Assembly (NCBI GenBank): GCA_051294375.1 | Contig: CM119267.1 | Span: 21,825,486-21,889,485 of the forward strand | Reading direction: 5' to 3' | Length of the DNA: 64,000 nt | DNA from: Paraspadella gotoi | Taxonomy: Eukaryota; Animalia; Chaetognatha | Shown: piece by piece, positions 1-12,677 of the stretch | Layout of the letters: each line of letters starts with the position of its first letter | Position numbering within the stretch: position 1 is the stretch's first letter | Position numbers and translations under genes: made by a program | Notes under the pieces: generated by a model | Databases searched by the model: none | Seen by the model: the letters and a program-made list of their open reading frames with translations, nothing else | Told to the model about the DNA's origin: nothing

Positions 1-748
1 GAATAAAAAATAATAATTCTCCCACGAAATCTTCGATCGGCGCCATTCGCGCCATCTGCGCCACCGGAGCGAGGAAAGAGGGCGCCGCTCGGCATCGCCT
101 GGCGCCGCCAGCCAAAGTTTTTTTATGACCCCTGGCGAAGATTTTTTTTTCACCATTTCCTTCTGCGTCGAAGATTTTTTATGCGTCGTCGTCGTCGTCG
201 TCGTCGTCGTCTTATTGAAATGGAATCTTGCGCGGAATCAAAGGCGCCGACGACTTTTAAGATTCGGAGAGGGAGAGAGAGAGAGAGAGAGAGATATTTG
301 AGATTTTTTTTTTAGATTTCGAGTCAAGAAGAACGTTTGTTTACCTCAGTTATCGTACTTATGTTTGTTGCCATTGGATACGACGATTTAAGACATTTTC
401 GTTTTATCCTTGTCTTCGTCGTTTAAAAAAAATAAAACTTTTAAAAAAAGTGTTAAGATCGATATTTTATAAATTTTGAAACGATGATGTGAGAATCAAT
501 TTACTTTTGTTTTTGATAATGGTTAAAACAATAAAAAAAATTATCCATTCATTCAAGGAATAAGCTATCTTTGACTTTTATCTCCTGACTTTGGACAGTA
601 CTGGCTCGGGTGGGTTTCGATCTCCTTCTGACTGGATAATTACGTTGCAATAGTATTACATATAGTTTATTTATTTATTCATTTATTACTAGAATTCTGG
701 TTGATTTGACTTCAATGTTCGAATGATTTTTAAACTCATCATCTCATC

Positions 749-769
749 GGTCGTCGTCGTCGTCGTCGA

Positions 770-821
<52 letters not shown>

Positions 822-1065
822 TTCTTCTTCTTCTTCTTCAACGTCCTCAACGCTACTGTTTTGTTATGTTTTGTTATGTTTTGTTTTGTTTTGTCGACTT
901 TGATCGTCCAGGTGCTTCGTGGGACGACGCGTTTTATTGTGTCGCCGCTCGAAAGTCCGAGGAGTCGATTTGTCATCGGCGTCGTTAAGGGCGTTCGTCT
1001 TTGTTATCGTCGTCGTCGTCGTTGTCGTCGTCGTCGTTGTCGTCGTCGTCGTTGTCGTCGTCGTC
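749..1065. repeat. (TCG)n trinucleotide tracts (others near 184, 2685, 6310, 8770, 24110, 25360, 27083, 50703)
   Basis: Directly visible. Confidence 0.9.
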
Positions 1066-3268
1066 TCTATCGCCGTCGCCGTTATTGTTGTCTTCATCGA
1101 CTGCGTTTAAATACTCTGTCCGCTGCTCCTATGGTATGACGCTATGCAATATGCATTAAGTATCATGCAATATGCATTCGTACATAGGTCCCATTGTGCA
1201 TTTTGTTTGTAACGTCTTTAGAATCTGTTGGGCTCGGCAAGAAGGCTCTGCCCNNNNNNNNNNNNNNNNNNNNNNNNNNNNNNNNNNNNNNNNNNNNNNN
1301 NNNNNNNNNNNNNNNNNNNNNNNNNNNNNNNNNNNNNNNNNNNNNNNNNNNNNNNNNNNNNNNNNNNNNNNNNNNNNNNNNNNNNNNNNNNNNNNNNNNN
1401 NNNNNNNNNNNNNNNNNNNNNNNNNNNNNNNNNNNNNNNNNNNNNNNNNNNNNNNNNNNNNNNNNNNNNNNNNNNNNNNNNNNNNNNNNNNNNNNNNNNN
1501 NNNNNNNNNNNNNNNNNNNNNNNNNNNNNNNNNNNNNNNNNNNNNNNNNNNNNNNNNNNNNNNNNNNNNNNNNNNNNNNNNNNNNNNNNNNNNNNNNNNN
1601 NNNNNNNNNNNNNNNNNNNNNNNNNNNNNNNNNNNNNNNNNNNNNNNNNNNNNNNNNNNNNNNNNNNNNNNNNNNNNNNNNNNNNNNNNNNNNNNNNNNN
1701 NNNNNNNNNNNNNNNNNNNNNNNNNNNNNNNNNNNNNNNNNNNNNNNNNNNNNNNNNNNNNNNNNNNNNNNNNNNNNNNNNNNNNNNNNNNNNNNNNNNN
1801 NNNNNNNNNNNNNNNNNNNNNNNNNNNNNNNNNNNNNNNNNNNNNNNNNNNNNNNNNNNNNNNNNNNNNNNNNNNNNNNNNNNNNNNNNNNNNNNNNNNN
1901 NNNNNNNNNNNNNNNNNNNNNNNNNNNNNNNNNNNNNNNNNNNNNNNNNNNNNNNNNNNNNNNNNNNNNNNNNNNNNNNNNNNNNNNNNNNNNNNNNNNN
2001 NNNNNNNNNNNNNNNNNNNNNNNNNNNNNNNNNNNNNNNNNNNNNNNNNNNNNNNNNNNNNNNNNNNNNNNNNNNNNNNNNNNNNNNNNNNNNNNNNNNN
2101 NNNNNNNNNNNNNNNNNNNNNNNNNTTTTTTTTCATTCTCCCCGCTCCATAGAATCGCGTGGGCTTTGGAATCGCACAATGAACGGAGGCGCCTAATTAT
2201 CGCGCTACAGGCGTGGATTGTTGTATGGCAAAAGAATTTAGTATTAATAATGTTAAAATATTATGTTCAAAGTTGTTGTTCAAACATAATCAACAAACGG
2301 AGACTTAGCAGAGGACAAAAGAAATATAAAGCTAATGGTGATTTGGCCCAATGTCCCAATCTAACTGCCTCAACGATCCGTCGAGACAGATGTCATTTGT
2401 TTATTCGTTAAGCGATGAAGTCAGGATTCAGCGACAGATGGCGAATCAGACGCGCAAGTTCACACTAATTTAGGATAAAACTATTCAACATTTATATAAA
2501 CTTATTAAATATAGCTCCTTTCGAACAAAATAGCTTTTCTAATTAAAAGTAAGTCTGAGTTTCTTTCCCATTTAATGCCGCGGTGCAAGGCACTTGACAC
2601 AGCATTAACCAAAACTATAGTACCGGCTAGAGATGTCGCTCCATTGGAAAGAGAAAGCTGTCGTTTCGATGCAGATTTCTATCGTCGGCGTCGTCATCGG
2701 CGTCATCGGCGTCATCGGCGTCGTCGTCATCGTCGTCGTCGTCATCGTCGGTAAAGATGGCGGCGGCTTTTCGTTTTAATTGCGTCGTTGAATCAAAGTC
2801 GATCCCAATAGTGAATCTCNNNNNNNNNNNNNNNNNNNNNNNNNNNNNNNNNNNNNNNNNNNNNNNNNNNNNNNNNNNNNNNNNNNNNNNNNNNNNNNNN
2901 NNNNNNGAGAGAGAGAGAAAGTAGAGAGACAGAGAGATAAAATTATAAAAACTCGTTGACGCTTCTAACGATTTGAACGAAAACAAACAGAGGAACACAA
3001 CAATCGTTTCGTTTATCTTTTGTTTACCGAAATTAATTCGTAAAACGAAATTTAAAAATTACATCGAGAATGTTTGAAAAGGGGGAGAAAATGTTTGTTT
3101 GTTAAAGTCGTAGCCATAAAAGAATCAGTAATTTCAGTTGTAAATTTTTTTATTCATCCCAATTTAGTTTCGTCGCAACGAGTCAGGGAGGAAATTTTTT
3201 TTTTTTTTTAAACTAAAGAACTAACTCTTTTAGTTATTAGCCTTGCATAATTAGTCGTTGGAGAGAGA

Positions 3269-3316
<48 letters not shown>

Positions 3317-4567
3317 TCGAATATGTGTTACTGGCCGTGAAATTGAATAAATAATCAATCAAGGGCAAGAGAGAAAGATGATGATGATGACAGAGGGAAG
3401 AGTGACAAATTTGGGTGATTTCCTCATGACAAAGACAAAGTAAGTGACGCTGTAGTTCTTTCCCTTTGTTTGTTATGCTGCGCGCCTTGCCTTACCCTGT
3501 TTGAAAAATGGTTCGCGTTCGGACTCTCGTTGGTGAGTTAAAAATTCGGTGAACTCACCCAAAAGTCTCCCACAGTCGGGAAAAAATGAATCGTAGGGCA
3601 GCGTTGAAGGAATGTCAATTACAGGCGGGNNNNNNNNNNNNNNNNNNNNNNNNNNNNNNNNNNNNNNNNNNNNNNNNNNNNNNNNNNNNNNNNNNNNNNN
3701 NNNNNNNNNNNNNNNNNNNNNNNNNNNNNNNNNNNNNNNNNNNNNNNNNNNNNNNNNNNNNNNNNNNNNNNNNNNNNNNNNNNNNNNNNNNNNNNNNNNN
3801 NNNNNNNNNNNNNNNNNNNNNNNNNNNNNNNNNNNNNNNNNNNNNNNNNNNNNNNNNNNNNNNNNNNNNNNNNNNNNNNNNNNNNNNNNNNNNNNNNNNN
3901 NNNNNNNNNNNNNNNNNNNNNNNNNNNNNNNNNNNNNNNNNNNNNNNNNNNNNNNNNNNNNNNNNNNNNNNNNNNNNNNNNNNNNNNNNNNNNNNNNNNN
4001 NNNNNNNNNNNNNNNNNNNNNNNNNNNNNNNNNNNNNNNNNNNNNNNNNNNNNNNNNNNNNNNNNNNNNNNNNNCACCCTCCCCCTTCTTCTCTCTCTCC
4101 TCCATTTTTCCTCCACCTTTCCAGAACCGTAAGGTTCATTTCTTCACAACCCGGAGAAATATGCTAATGGTTCTGGCACCAAAATAAAATAAAAAAAAGG
4201 AAAAAGCAAAGAGAGAGAGAAAAAAATTTTTTTCTCACCTGCAGGAAATAGTTTTTTTCTTTCTTTTTTTCTTTTTTTTAAGGAGGGCGTGGCCGAGTTT
4301 TTTTTTTTTTGAAGAAGCAGACGGCGCCAATTTTTACTTCCGCTTTCACGATGGCGCCGTCTTTTGGCGCCGTTTCCTCCTTCCTTTTTCTCCAGGCTAA
4401 AAAAAAGACCTATAGACATTTTTCTTTATCCTTTTTATGCTGGATTTTTTCTCAAATTTATTTTCCTTTTATGTCTCGTCGTATTTCTGCTTCTCTTTGC
4501 CCGCGTTTCTATTTTCCCTTCGATTTTTCATTTCAAACTTTTATTTCTTTCTTTACTTTCCTTTTCC

Positions 4568-4809
4568 GGTTTTCTTTTCCCAGAGCGCCCCATTTCTCTT
4601 AAACCCAAACCTAAGTCTCAACCTTAACCCTAACTACTCTCCTTAATTTTTAACCTTAACCCCTAACCTTAACCCCTTTTATTTACATAATCCCTCACCT
4701 TCATCACCAACACAATCCCTAATTTAACCCTTAAGCTTAAGCTTTAACTCAAAAAATTAACTTAATTCCGATTTTAAAATAAAATGGGGTGTTTTGGGAA
4801 AATAAGGCC
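4568..4809 (+). mobile_element. MITE with telomere-like (TAACC/TAACCC) filler (family T)
   Basis: Imperfect TIRs GGTTTTCTTTTCCCAGAGCGCCCC ... GGGGTGTTTTGGGAAAATAAGGCC around degenerate CCTAAC repeats. Confidence 0.7.
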
Positions 4810-5481
4810 CTTTTTTCCTCCTCTCCTCCCAAATTCATGGATGGACGATTCAACCTTGACGCAGTGGATGAATAGGTCCCTGGATCGAGGCCGCGTCCCT
4901 CCGAGAGTTCGAAAGGTAAGTTTCGTTCCCACGAAATAAAGAGGGTAAGTTGAGTTAGGCAATTTTCTGGAGTTAATTTCTCGCAGAAGATGGATCGATA
5001 CCCAACCCGCACGAAGATCATAAGAACCTTGCTCTCGCACATAAACTGCATCCGCTGTTTATCCCCTGTTCACTTACCCTTTTCTATCTATGCTCAAAAA
5101 CTCTCTCTCTCTCTTCCTCTCTCTCTCTCTCTGTCTCTTTCTCTCTCTCACTCTTCTTACCAAGTTAAGCTCGCGACTCAAAAGAACTTTTCCTCTCCTC
5201 TCTCTCTTTGTTTCGNNNNNNNNNNNNNNNNNNNNNNNNNNNNNNNNNNNNNNNNNNNNNNNNNNNNNNNNNNNNNNNNNNNNNNNNNNNNNNNNNNNNN
5301 NNNNNNNNNNNNNNNNNNNNNNNNNNNNNNNNNNNNNNNNNNNNNNNNNNNNNNNNNNNNNNNNNNNNNNNNNNNNNNNNNNNNNNNNNNNNNNNNNNNN
5401 NNNNNNNNNNNNNNNNNNNNNNNNNNNNNNNNNNNNNNNNNNNNNNNNNNNNNNNNNNNNNNNNNNNNNNNNNNNNNNNNN

Positions 5482-5514
<33 letters not shown>

Positions 5515-7661
5515 AAAAAATTACCTACTCAGAGTCTGTTAAACATTTTTAAACAAAAGAATTTAAGAGAGAGAGAAAAAAATTTTAAAAGGGATTCCAT
5601 TTGGCTTATCGCGCGTTGGGCGGAAATCACATGTGAATTTCAAATCACCCTTTGAAAGTGAAGTCACCTTTTTTCGCATAAGTTTGATCCGACTTTTCCC
5701 TCTTCTTTCACCCACTTTTTATTTCACCCTTTTTTTCTTATTTTTTTTCGTTTTGGTCCATAAAGATATGATTTTTAAGCAGTTAACAACACTTGGCTAT
5801 TTCCAAGTTATATAATATTTTTAAATGTATATTATAACTCAAAAAATGTTTCAGTTACCGTTTTTGTTTCTGACAAATTACGACTGCTCTATGGCATCGG
5901 ATTGCTTGTTGCTCATTGCTTGTTTTGCTTCATTTTTGTGGTTTCTCGTTTCTTTTTCTTTTTCATTTCGAAAATCCGCATCTATTGGTTGTCTTGTGAC
6001 TGTGACTTGTGATTTGTTGCGTCCACAGTCTCCTCTTAATTTCCGCTTTTCAAGCAGCGACCAACAATCTGCCTCAATCATTGTTCTCAAAAGCAGTCAA
6101 CCGTTTAATACCTTACTATCAATCTCTCTCTTTCTTAAATGCTCTTTTTATTTAATCTCGTTCTCATCTTCTCTTTTCAACTTCTCCATCTCATCTTTTC
6201 AACTTCTTGTTTCAACGATCTCATCTTCTCAACAACCTTCACCTTTTTTTCTTTTCTTTTCTCGTCTTCAAATTCGACGAAGCGCGAACCAGACTCTCAG
6301 AGGGGACGATGAAGACGATGACGATGATGACGACGATGAAGACGACGACGACGACGAGCGACGGATGACGATGATTGACGACGCATTGAAAGGACGGACG
6401 CGACGACGACGACGATGACGGACGATGAGACGACGACGACGACGACGATGACGATGATGATGACGATGGTGAGAAATTACGAGAATCTCAGGAGAATAAA
6501 TGTCGTCGATAAAGAACTAAAAAAGAAATCCTTTTTATATTATGTTTATCTTTCTTTAGTTTAAATCAGAAAATCTTACATACTCATAGCGTAAAACCGC
6601 CAACTCAAGAACTTTTAATATATACATACAATTATATATTTAATGCTTTTAAAATGAATGTAAATGACAATGAAGCTAAAAAATGGGAGGAAAAGGAGTA
6701 AGTATTAAATTAAAATTAAATTCTGAGAGAAACGAACAGAAATGGGGCACTTTCGGAAAAGAGAGCTGGCTTTTGCGTCAATTGTTTTAGTTGTTCGCTT
6801 TTGGGAAGAAGAGAAGAAATTTATATTGTTTGAGCTGCCTCTAATTTTATGACTTTATGAGACGACGACCGAGAATTCAACGATGTTTTAAAAATGTTTA
6901 TTGTTATTGAAATAATTGGCGACCGATGTATAAAAACAGTTCCAAGTTTAAAAACGTTAAAAACACTTTAAAAAACAACACCTTAAAATCAACGTGAAAA
7001 CGTTCGACGTCGCGGCTAACGAGGCAACTGCCTCTGACTTTTCTTAAATTTCAAACGTTAAAAATAACCCAGGATATTTGCTTTCTTCTCATATTAATCG
7101 TTGTCGTCGTCGTCCGGACGTTCCGTCGCGAATAGGAAACTTGGACTCGGATGTCGAAATTCTCTGCCGTCGAACGTTGAGCCGTCCTGCCCCTACGCGA
7201 CGCCCGCGTTGCGCACCGCGAACGCCAATAACAATTATTAATAATAATAATAATAAAATAAGTTAATAATATATTATTATAATTGATATTTATTATTATT
7301 GATTAGTGAATATCTTCACTGATAAATCTACTTAATCAGTCATCTAGTGATGTTGATAATAATGTGAATGAATGAATAGTATATATTATTAAATGTATTA
7401 GTATATTATTATTGTTGTTATTATTATTATTATTATTTTTATTGTTGTTGTTGTTGTTGTTTTGTTGTTGTTGTTGTTGATGATGTGAATATTTAAGGGA
7501 TTTTGGTGAGAGATGACAGAAAAGAGAATTGGTGAAAAGGGAGACGCCGGTGGCTGAGTGAAGGCGCCGGTTATGTGAGAAAGCGTCTCTGGCTGTGAGA
7601 AAAATGACGCCGTTTTCGGTGGAAAGATGATGGGGACTGACAGGAAATGGGGGGAATGAGG

Positions 7662-7945
7662 GAATGAATGAATGGATGAATGAACGAATGAATCATAGCA
7701 AGAAGAAAATAATGAAGGAATGAATAAATGAATGAATAAATGAATGAATGAATGAATGAATGAATGAATGAATGAATGAATGAATGAATGAATGAATGAA
7801 TCGTAGCAAGAAAAAAATAATGAAGGACTGAATGAATGAATGAATGAATGAATGATTGAATGAATAAATAAATGAATGAATAAATGAATGAATGAATGAA
7901 TGAATGAATGAATGAATGAATGAATGAATGAATGAATGAATGATC
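7662..7945. repeat. (GAAT)n microsatellite with internal duplication
   Basis: Directly visible. Confidence 0.95.
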
Positions 7946-8570
7946 AAATGAATGATTAAATGAATTACTGAATCAATAAAGTAATGTATCAAATGGATGA
8001 ATTAATAAACATACGACTGATAAAATCGGAAGAATTATTAAATTAATGAATTGATCAATACTTAAATTAATTAAATATTGAATAAGTGACAAAAAAGGCA
8101 TTAGAATAATCATAACATCATTTTATTAGCAGTGCAAATAAATACTGGCGATCTGCAGTGTCGCCCAATAGTGGGAGAGATGACGCCTACGAAGGCTCCG
8201 AAATCATGGGAGGGACATCGCTTAAGGGGGCGGCAGCGGCTGCAGGAGGCGGCGAAAGCGGGGGCGGCGGCGGCTGCGGCTGGGCCGGTTGCAGCGGTGG
8301 CCCCGATATCCGAGACGCGAGAGACAATCGGAAAAAAGTGATGAGTTTGTGAGAAAAAAAAAGAAGAGGAGGATAAAGACAATGACGACCGTGTAATAAA
8401 TTAAACTCCTCTTCTCTCATCTCCCATTCTCGCAGTACCGACACCATAACTCTCTACTCCTGCTCATTCTACATCAATACGATCATTGACTCTACTCTTA
8501 CTCTTCGGTACTCTCTCCTCTCTACTCTCCTCATCTCAGCGCCAACAAAAAATTCTCCAACTTTCTTCTG

Positions 8571-8615
<45 letters not shown>

Positions 8616-8617
8616 AT

Positions 8618-8668
<51 letters not shown>

Positions 8669-8970
8669 CTCTCCCTCCTCACCCTCTGTCTCTCCTAAAT
8701 CTGGTTTCAAAATCTCTCCGCTTTTGTAATTCCTCTTTCGCTCGTAAAGAATCTGATTTTTATAGTTGTAGTCGTCGTCGTCGGCGTCGTCGTCGTCGTC
8801 GTTGTCGTCGTCGTCGTCGTTGTCGTCGTCGTGTTTCGGTCCCAATTGTTCCTTCATTACTTTTATTCTACTAAATTCGTTTAGGAAAGTAATTTTGATT
8901 TAAGCTTATTATTCTTAAATATTGCAGAGTACAATCTTATACAATTGTAATAGTTCATAAAAATATTATT

Positions 8971-9135
8971 CCACTTTGATATTGATAGAAAAGGGAGGTA
9001 CTCTGAGAGATAATAAACTAGTCGGCGAGAGAGTCTTGATTGAAAGCCTGCAGGGTTTTTCTTTGCAATTGTCTTATCAGAGGTAACCCACCAAAGCCTG
9101 TAAATGGCAAGATAGCTAATTTTCAGAATGAATGA
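8971..9135 (-). mobile_element. Family R1 diverged copy
   Basis: GAGAGAGTCTTGATTGAAAGCCTGCAGGG..ACCAAAGCCTG..GGCAAGATAGCT. Confidence 0.6.
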
Positions 9136-9249
9136 ATAATTTTCATATTATATGTACGTAGTACATAACGATTAAATATTTAAATCCTCATTTTCAATCT
9201 TCAAACTAATCACCACTCCCCGGTCTCGAACCCTCGACCTTTTCAACCA

Positions 9250-9290
<41 letters not shown>

Positions 9291-9390
9291 TCTCTTCCGG
9301 GCGCCAGCGACTCCGTCTCCTCCCTCCAGACGGCGCCGACTTTTCATCTTCGGCAAACTACACTAAACTACGCCATCGTTTTTATCCCAG

Positions 9391-9432
<42 letters not shown>

Positions 9433-10244
9433 TGTGTGTTTTTATTGTTTTTATCTCTTTTTTTTTATTTCTTTTGTTTTCCCTTTTTATTTTTTTTTAT
9501 CTTCTCTCGTCGCTTCGCCTCAGTAACGCTGAGTTAGCATTCGCTGATAACGAGGAAATCAGCGCTCGGCGCCAGCGAGACACGACCGGGTAGGACTGCG
9601 TGCGACTGAGTGAGCGGTTTTTTCGTTATATATGACGACGTGTATTAATTTGATTATTAATATCGCTAATTAAAATATTTAGTTTTCTATTGTTTTATTT
9701 ATTCATTCGTTGTCTCATTAATTACGAAGCAGAGTAACTATTTGAAATAAGATTAAGTTCTTCAATATGATTTACGACTTGTAGCACTTTAGATAATTGA
9801 TCATATCTTTTAATACGGTTTAAGAAGACTTATTTCACTAATTTAGCACTACTTTTAATAAGGTTTAATAAGAATTTAGTTTTCAATTAATATTCATATG
9901 AAATTGGTACAACCAATATAAAAATATATTTCATTAGAGTTTAAATATTCCTTTCCTTCATTTATTTTTTCTTTCTTTTCTTTTTACTTTATTCTTTTAC
10001 TATCTTCTTTTACACTCCCCTAAAACTTTCCTTTCATAATTTCGCCCATTTTTTCTCCATTTTCGTTCCCGTCTCCGCCCGGCCGGTATTCCCCATGTAT
10101 ATTCTCTTAATAACGAAATTTATAAGTTACTCAAATAATTTTGATATTTTTTCTCTTTTTTTTTCGTCGAGAGAAAGAATTTCCCTCAGGACTTGAAATG
10201 GGATTCGAGACTAAGAAGGAGGAAGCAGAGTAGGGGGGGGGAAA

Positions 10245-10455
10245 GAGAGGAAAGGAAAGGAAAGGAGAGGAAAGGAAAGGAGAGAAAAGGAAAGGAAAGG
10301 AAAGCAAATAAAAGGAATGGGAAGGAAAAGAAAGGAGAGGAAAGGAAAGGAAAGGAAAGGAAAGAAAAGAAAAGAAAAGAAAAGAAAAGAAAAGAAAAGA
10401 AAAGAAAAGAAAAGAAAAGAAAAGAAAAGGAAAGGAAAGGAAAGGAAAAGAAAAG
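10245..10455. repeat. (GGAAA)n/(GAAAA)n microsatellite
   Basis: Directly visible. Confidence 0.95.
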
Positions 10456-11007
10456 ACAAAAAAAGAATGGAGAAGAAGGAAAGGCTTATAAACAGAAAAT
10501 TTAGATGGAGGAACTAAACGAGGTAGAGGAGGAGGAGGAGGAGGAGGAGGAGGAGGAGAAGTAGGAGGAGGAGGATTACAGAAGGAGAAAAAGAGAGAAA
10601 GCAGAAGAGAAGCAAGTGAAATCGAGAGATCGTTGACCTCCTCTATATTTAGCGAGCCGAAGCTTTGGACAAACGGACAGACAGACTGCGACGTTTTTTG
10701 GGGCACAGAATCATCGCTTCGATCTTCGTAATGCCGGCCCGATTTAGAAGGAAAAAAAAAGATTGGAGTCCCGAGACCCGAGATGGAGGACTAAACAAGT
10801 TTGAGCAAACAATGTCGGATCTGCCTACGATAATCAATTAATTAATTAATTAATAGATTAATTAATTAATTAATAGATTAATTAATTAATTAATTAATAG
10901 ATTAATTATAATTTATATTCAGCTTGTCATCATCGATGTCCTTAAAATTGAGTCAGGACAGTTATTAAATGTTTTGTTTACATTTTATCAAAACAAACAA
11001 ATATCCT

Positions 11008-11150
11008 CTATTATCGAGCCAGGCGGGCAAAGCCCGTCCTGGCTAGATTTTGATTCGGTTTAGCTTTCGGTCACGCTTTTTTGCAATCATGGCTTCTGAA
11101 AGTGTGATATCATAGGGAGTTGAAATTTCATATATGGCTTATTTGATTTG
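11008..11150 (+). mobile_element. Fragment of another Helentron/DINE-like element
   Basis: Strong hairpin GCCAGG-CGGGC-aaa-GCCCG-t-CCTGGC right after TTATC, followed by GAGTTGAAATTTCATATATG. Confidence 0.4.
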
Positions 11151-12117
11151 ATTTGATTACATCAAGATCTTTAAAATTCTCAGTGTCATTCATGAGCAAT
11201 CATTCGTATTTGTTTATGTTTTATTTACAAACACAAAAAACCGTTTTAATAAGTATGTCGCTCTGCTCGTGCTCGTTCTTTCTTTTAAAAGTAGGTAGGG
11301 TGCCGGCGTGCCTGGCGACGGGGATCGTGCGTCGTCTGTCGGGTTCTCCGTGCAGCTGCTTCTTTCTGATTTTCTAACAAAGCGGAGTTCGCGGCTCCTG
11401 CAGCGCGTGGCTGGTCCAGGCTTGTTGTTCTCTCTCATCGTGTCTCTCTCTCTCTTCTCTTCTCTTTTTTGTTTTTTTTTTGTTTTTGTTAAATTCAGAT
11501 ATAAATGGGGGGCTCATTAATGTAAAAACAGGGATGGATGCGAACCAGAGGTCGAACCCCGGGTGCTTTTGGGTTATGTATTAGCAAGAGCTCATTCTAC
11601 GTCCGGTCCGGCGACCATATAGGAACTGCTATTTCGTTAACGGAGGTAGAGAGGGGGCGAGAGCATAACTTCTCTCTCTTTCTCTCTCTTTAATTATCTA
11701 TCGTAGTCACTGCGTGTTCGTCCCTGCTTTTCTCTGCACGCTGTTCTCTTCTGTCGTCTTGTCGCGCTCTTGTCTCTCGTCTTCTCTCTGTTCTTCTCTC
11801 GTCGTCGTCTCTGGTGCTTCCTCTCTTGTCTTTCGGTCCTCTCTTCTCTCGTGTGGTGTCTTCTCCCTCTCGTCCCGATTCTCATGGCGCTAAATTGTTG
11901 TGTTGTTTTTTGGTAGAAATTTGGGATATTTTTTTCCTTCTAAAGAACTTGTATGATAATTACCATTTATTACTCGCGCTTTTACTCAATACAAAGAATC
12001 CCATAATTTCGATCGCGGCAGAATTTTTTCTGTGGAATTTATTTGCTTCTTCCCTTTCATCCTCTCTCGCCGTTCTCTGCTCCGTCTCGATCTCTCTCCT
12101 TGCTCTCTCTCTCACTT

Positions 12118-12164
<47 letters not shown>

Positions 12165-12677
12165 GTCTTCTCTCCTCTCTTCTCTTTCTGCTCTCTCTCT
12201 CTCTCCATCTCTGTCGTCTCTGCACTCATACACGCATTTGTTTTGTTTTATTGACGTATCATCGCCATCAGTTAATGACTATCATCACAGCAGTGAATGA
12301 CTTGATCATCGCTATTCAATTAATGGTGATATCATTCGAATCAATAATTCAGATTCCTATTACATCAATAAATTACTATTACAGTCAATCAATTATTATT
12401 ACCTCAATCATTTAGCTAATACATCAAATTTCTTTTTTTCCCGGTTTTTTCAATGTAATTTCTTTGATAGTGGGCTCTGGCTCGATCTTGATCTTTTAAG
12501 ATTTTTTTATTTTATGTCTCCTTTCTCTCTCTCTCTCTCTCTCTTTCACTCTCTCTCTCTCTTCTCACTCTCTCTCTTCTCTCTCACTCTCTACTCTCTC
12601 TTGCTCACTTCTTCGTTCTCTCCTCTCTCTCTTTTTTATGCAATAGCGACGATCCTTATGCTTTTAAGATTTTTTAA

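Noticed and set aside
689-1139. Overlapping ORFs with poly-T, poly-V and poly-R runs
   Set aside because: Translations of (TCG)n microsatellites, open in several frames for lack of stops.
1156-5655. Long ORFs of up to 405 aa containing X runs (also near 34.7, 37.9, 40.5 and 43.3 kb)
   Set aside because: They read through assembly N gaps.
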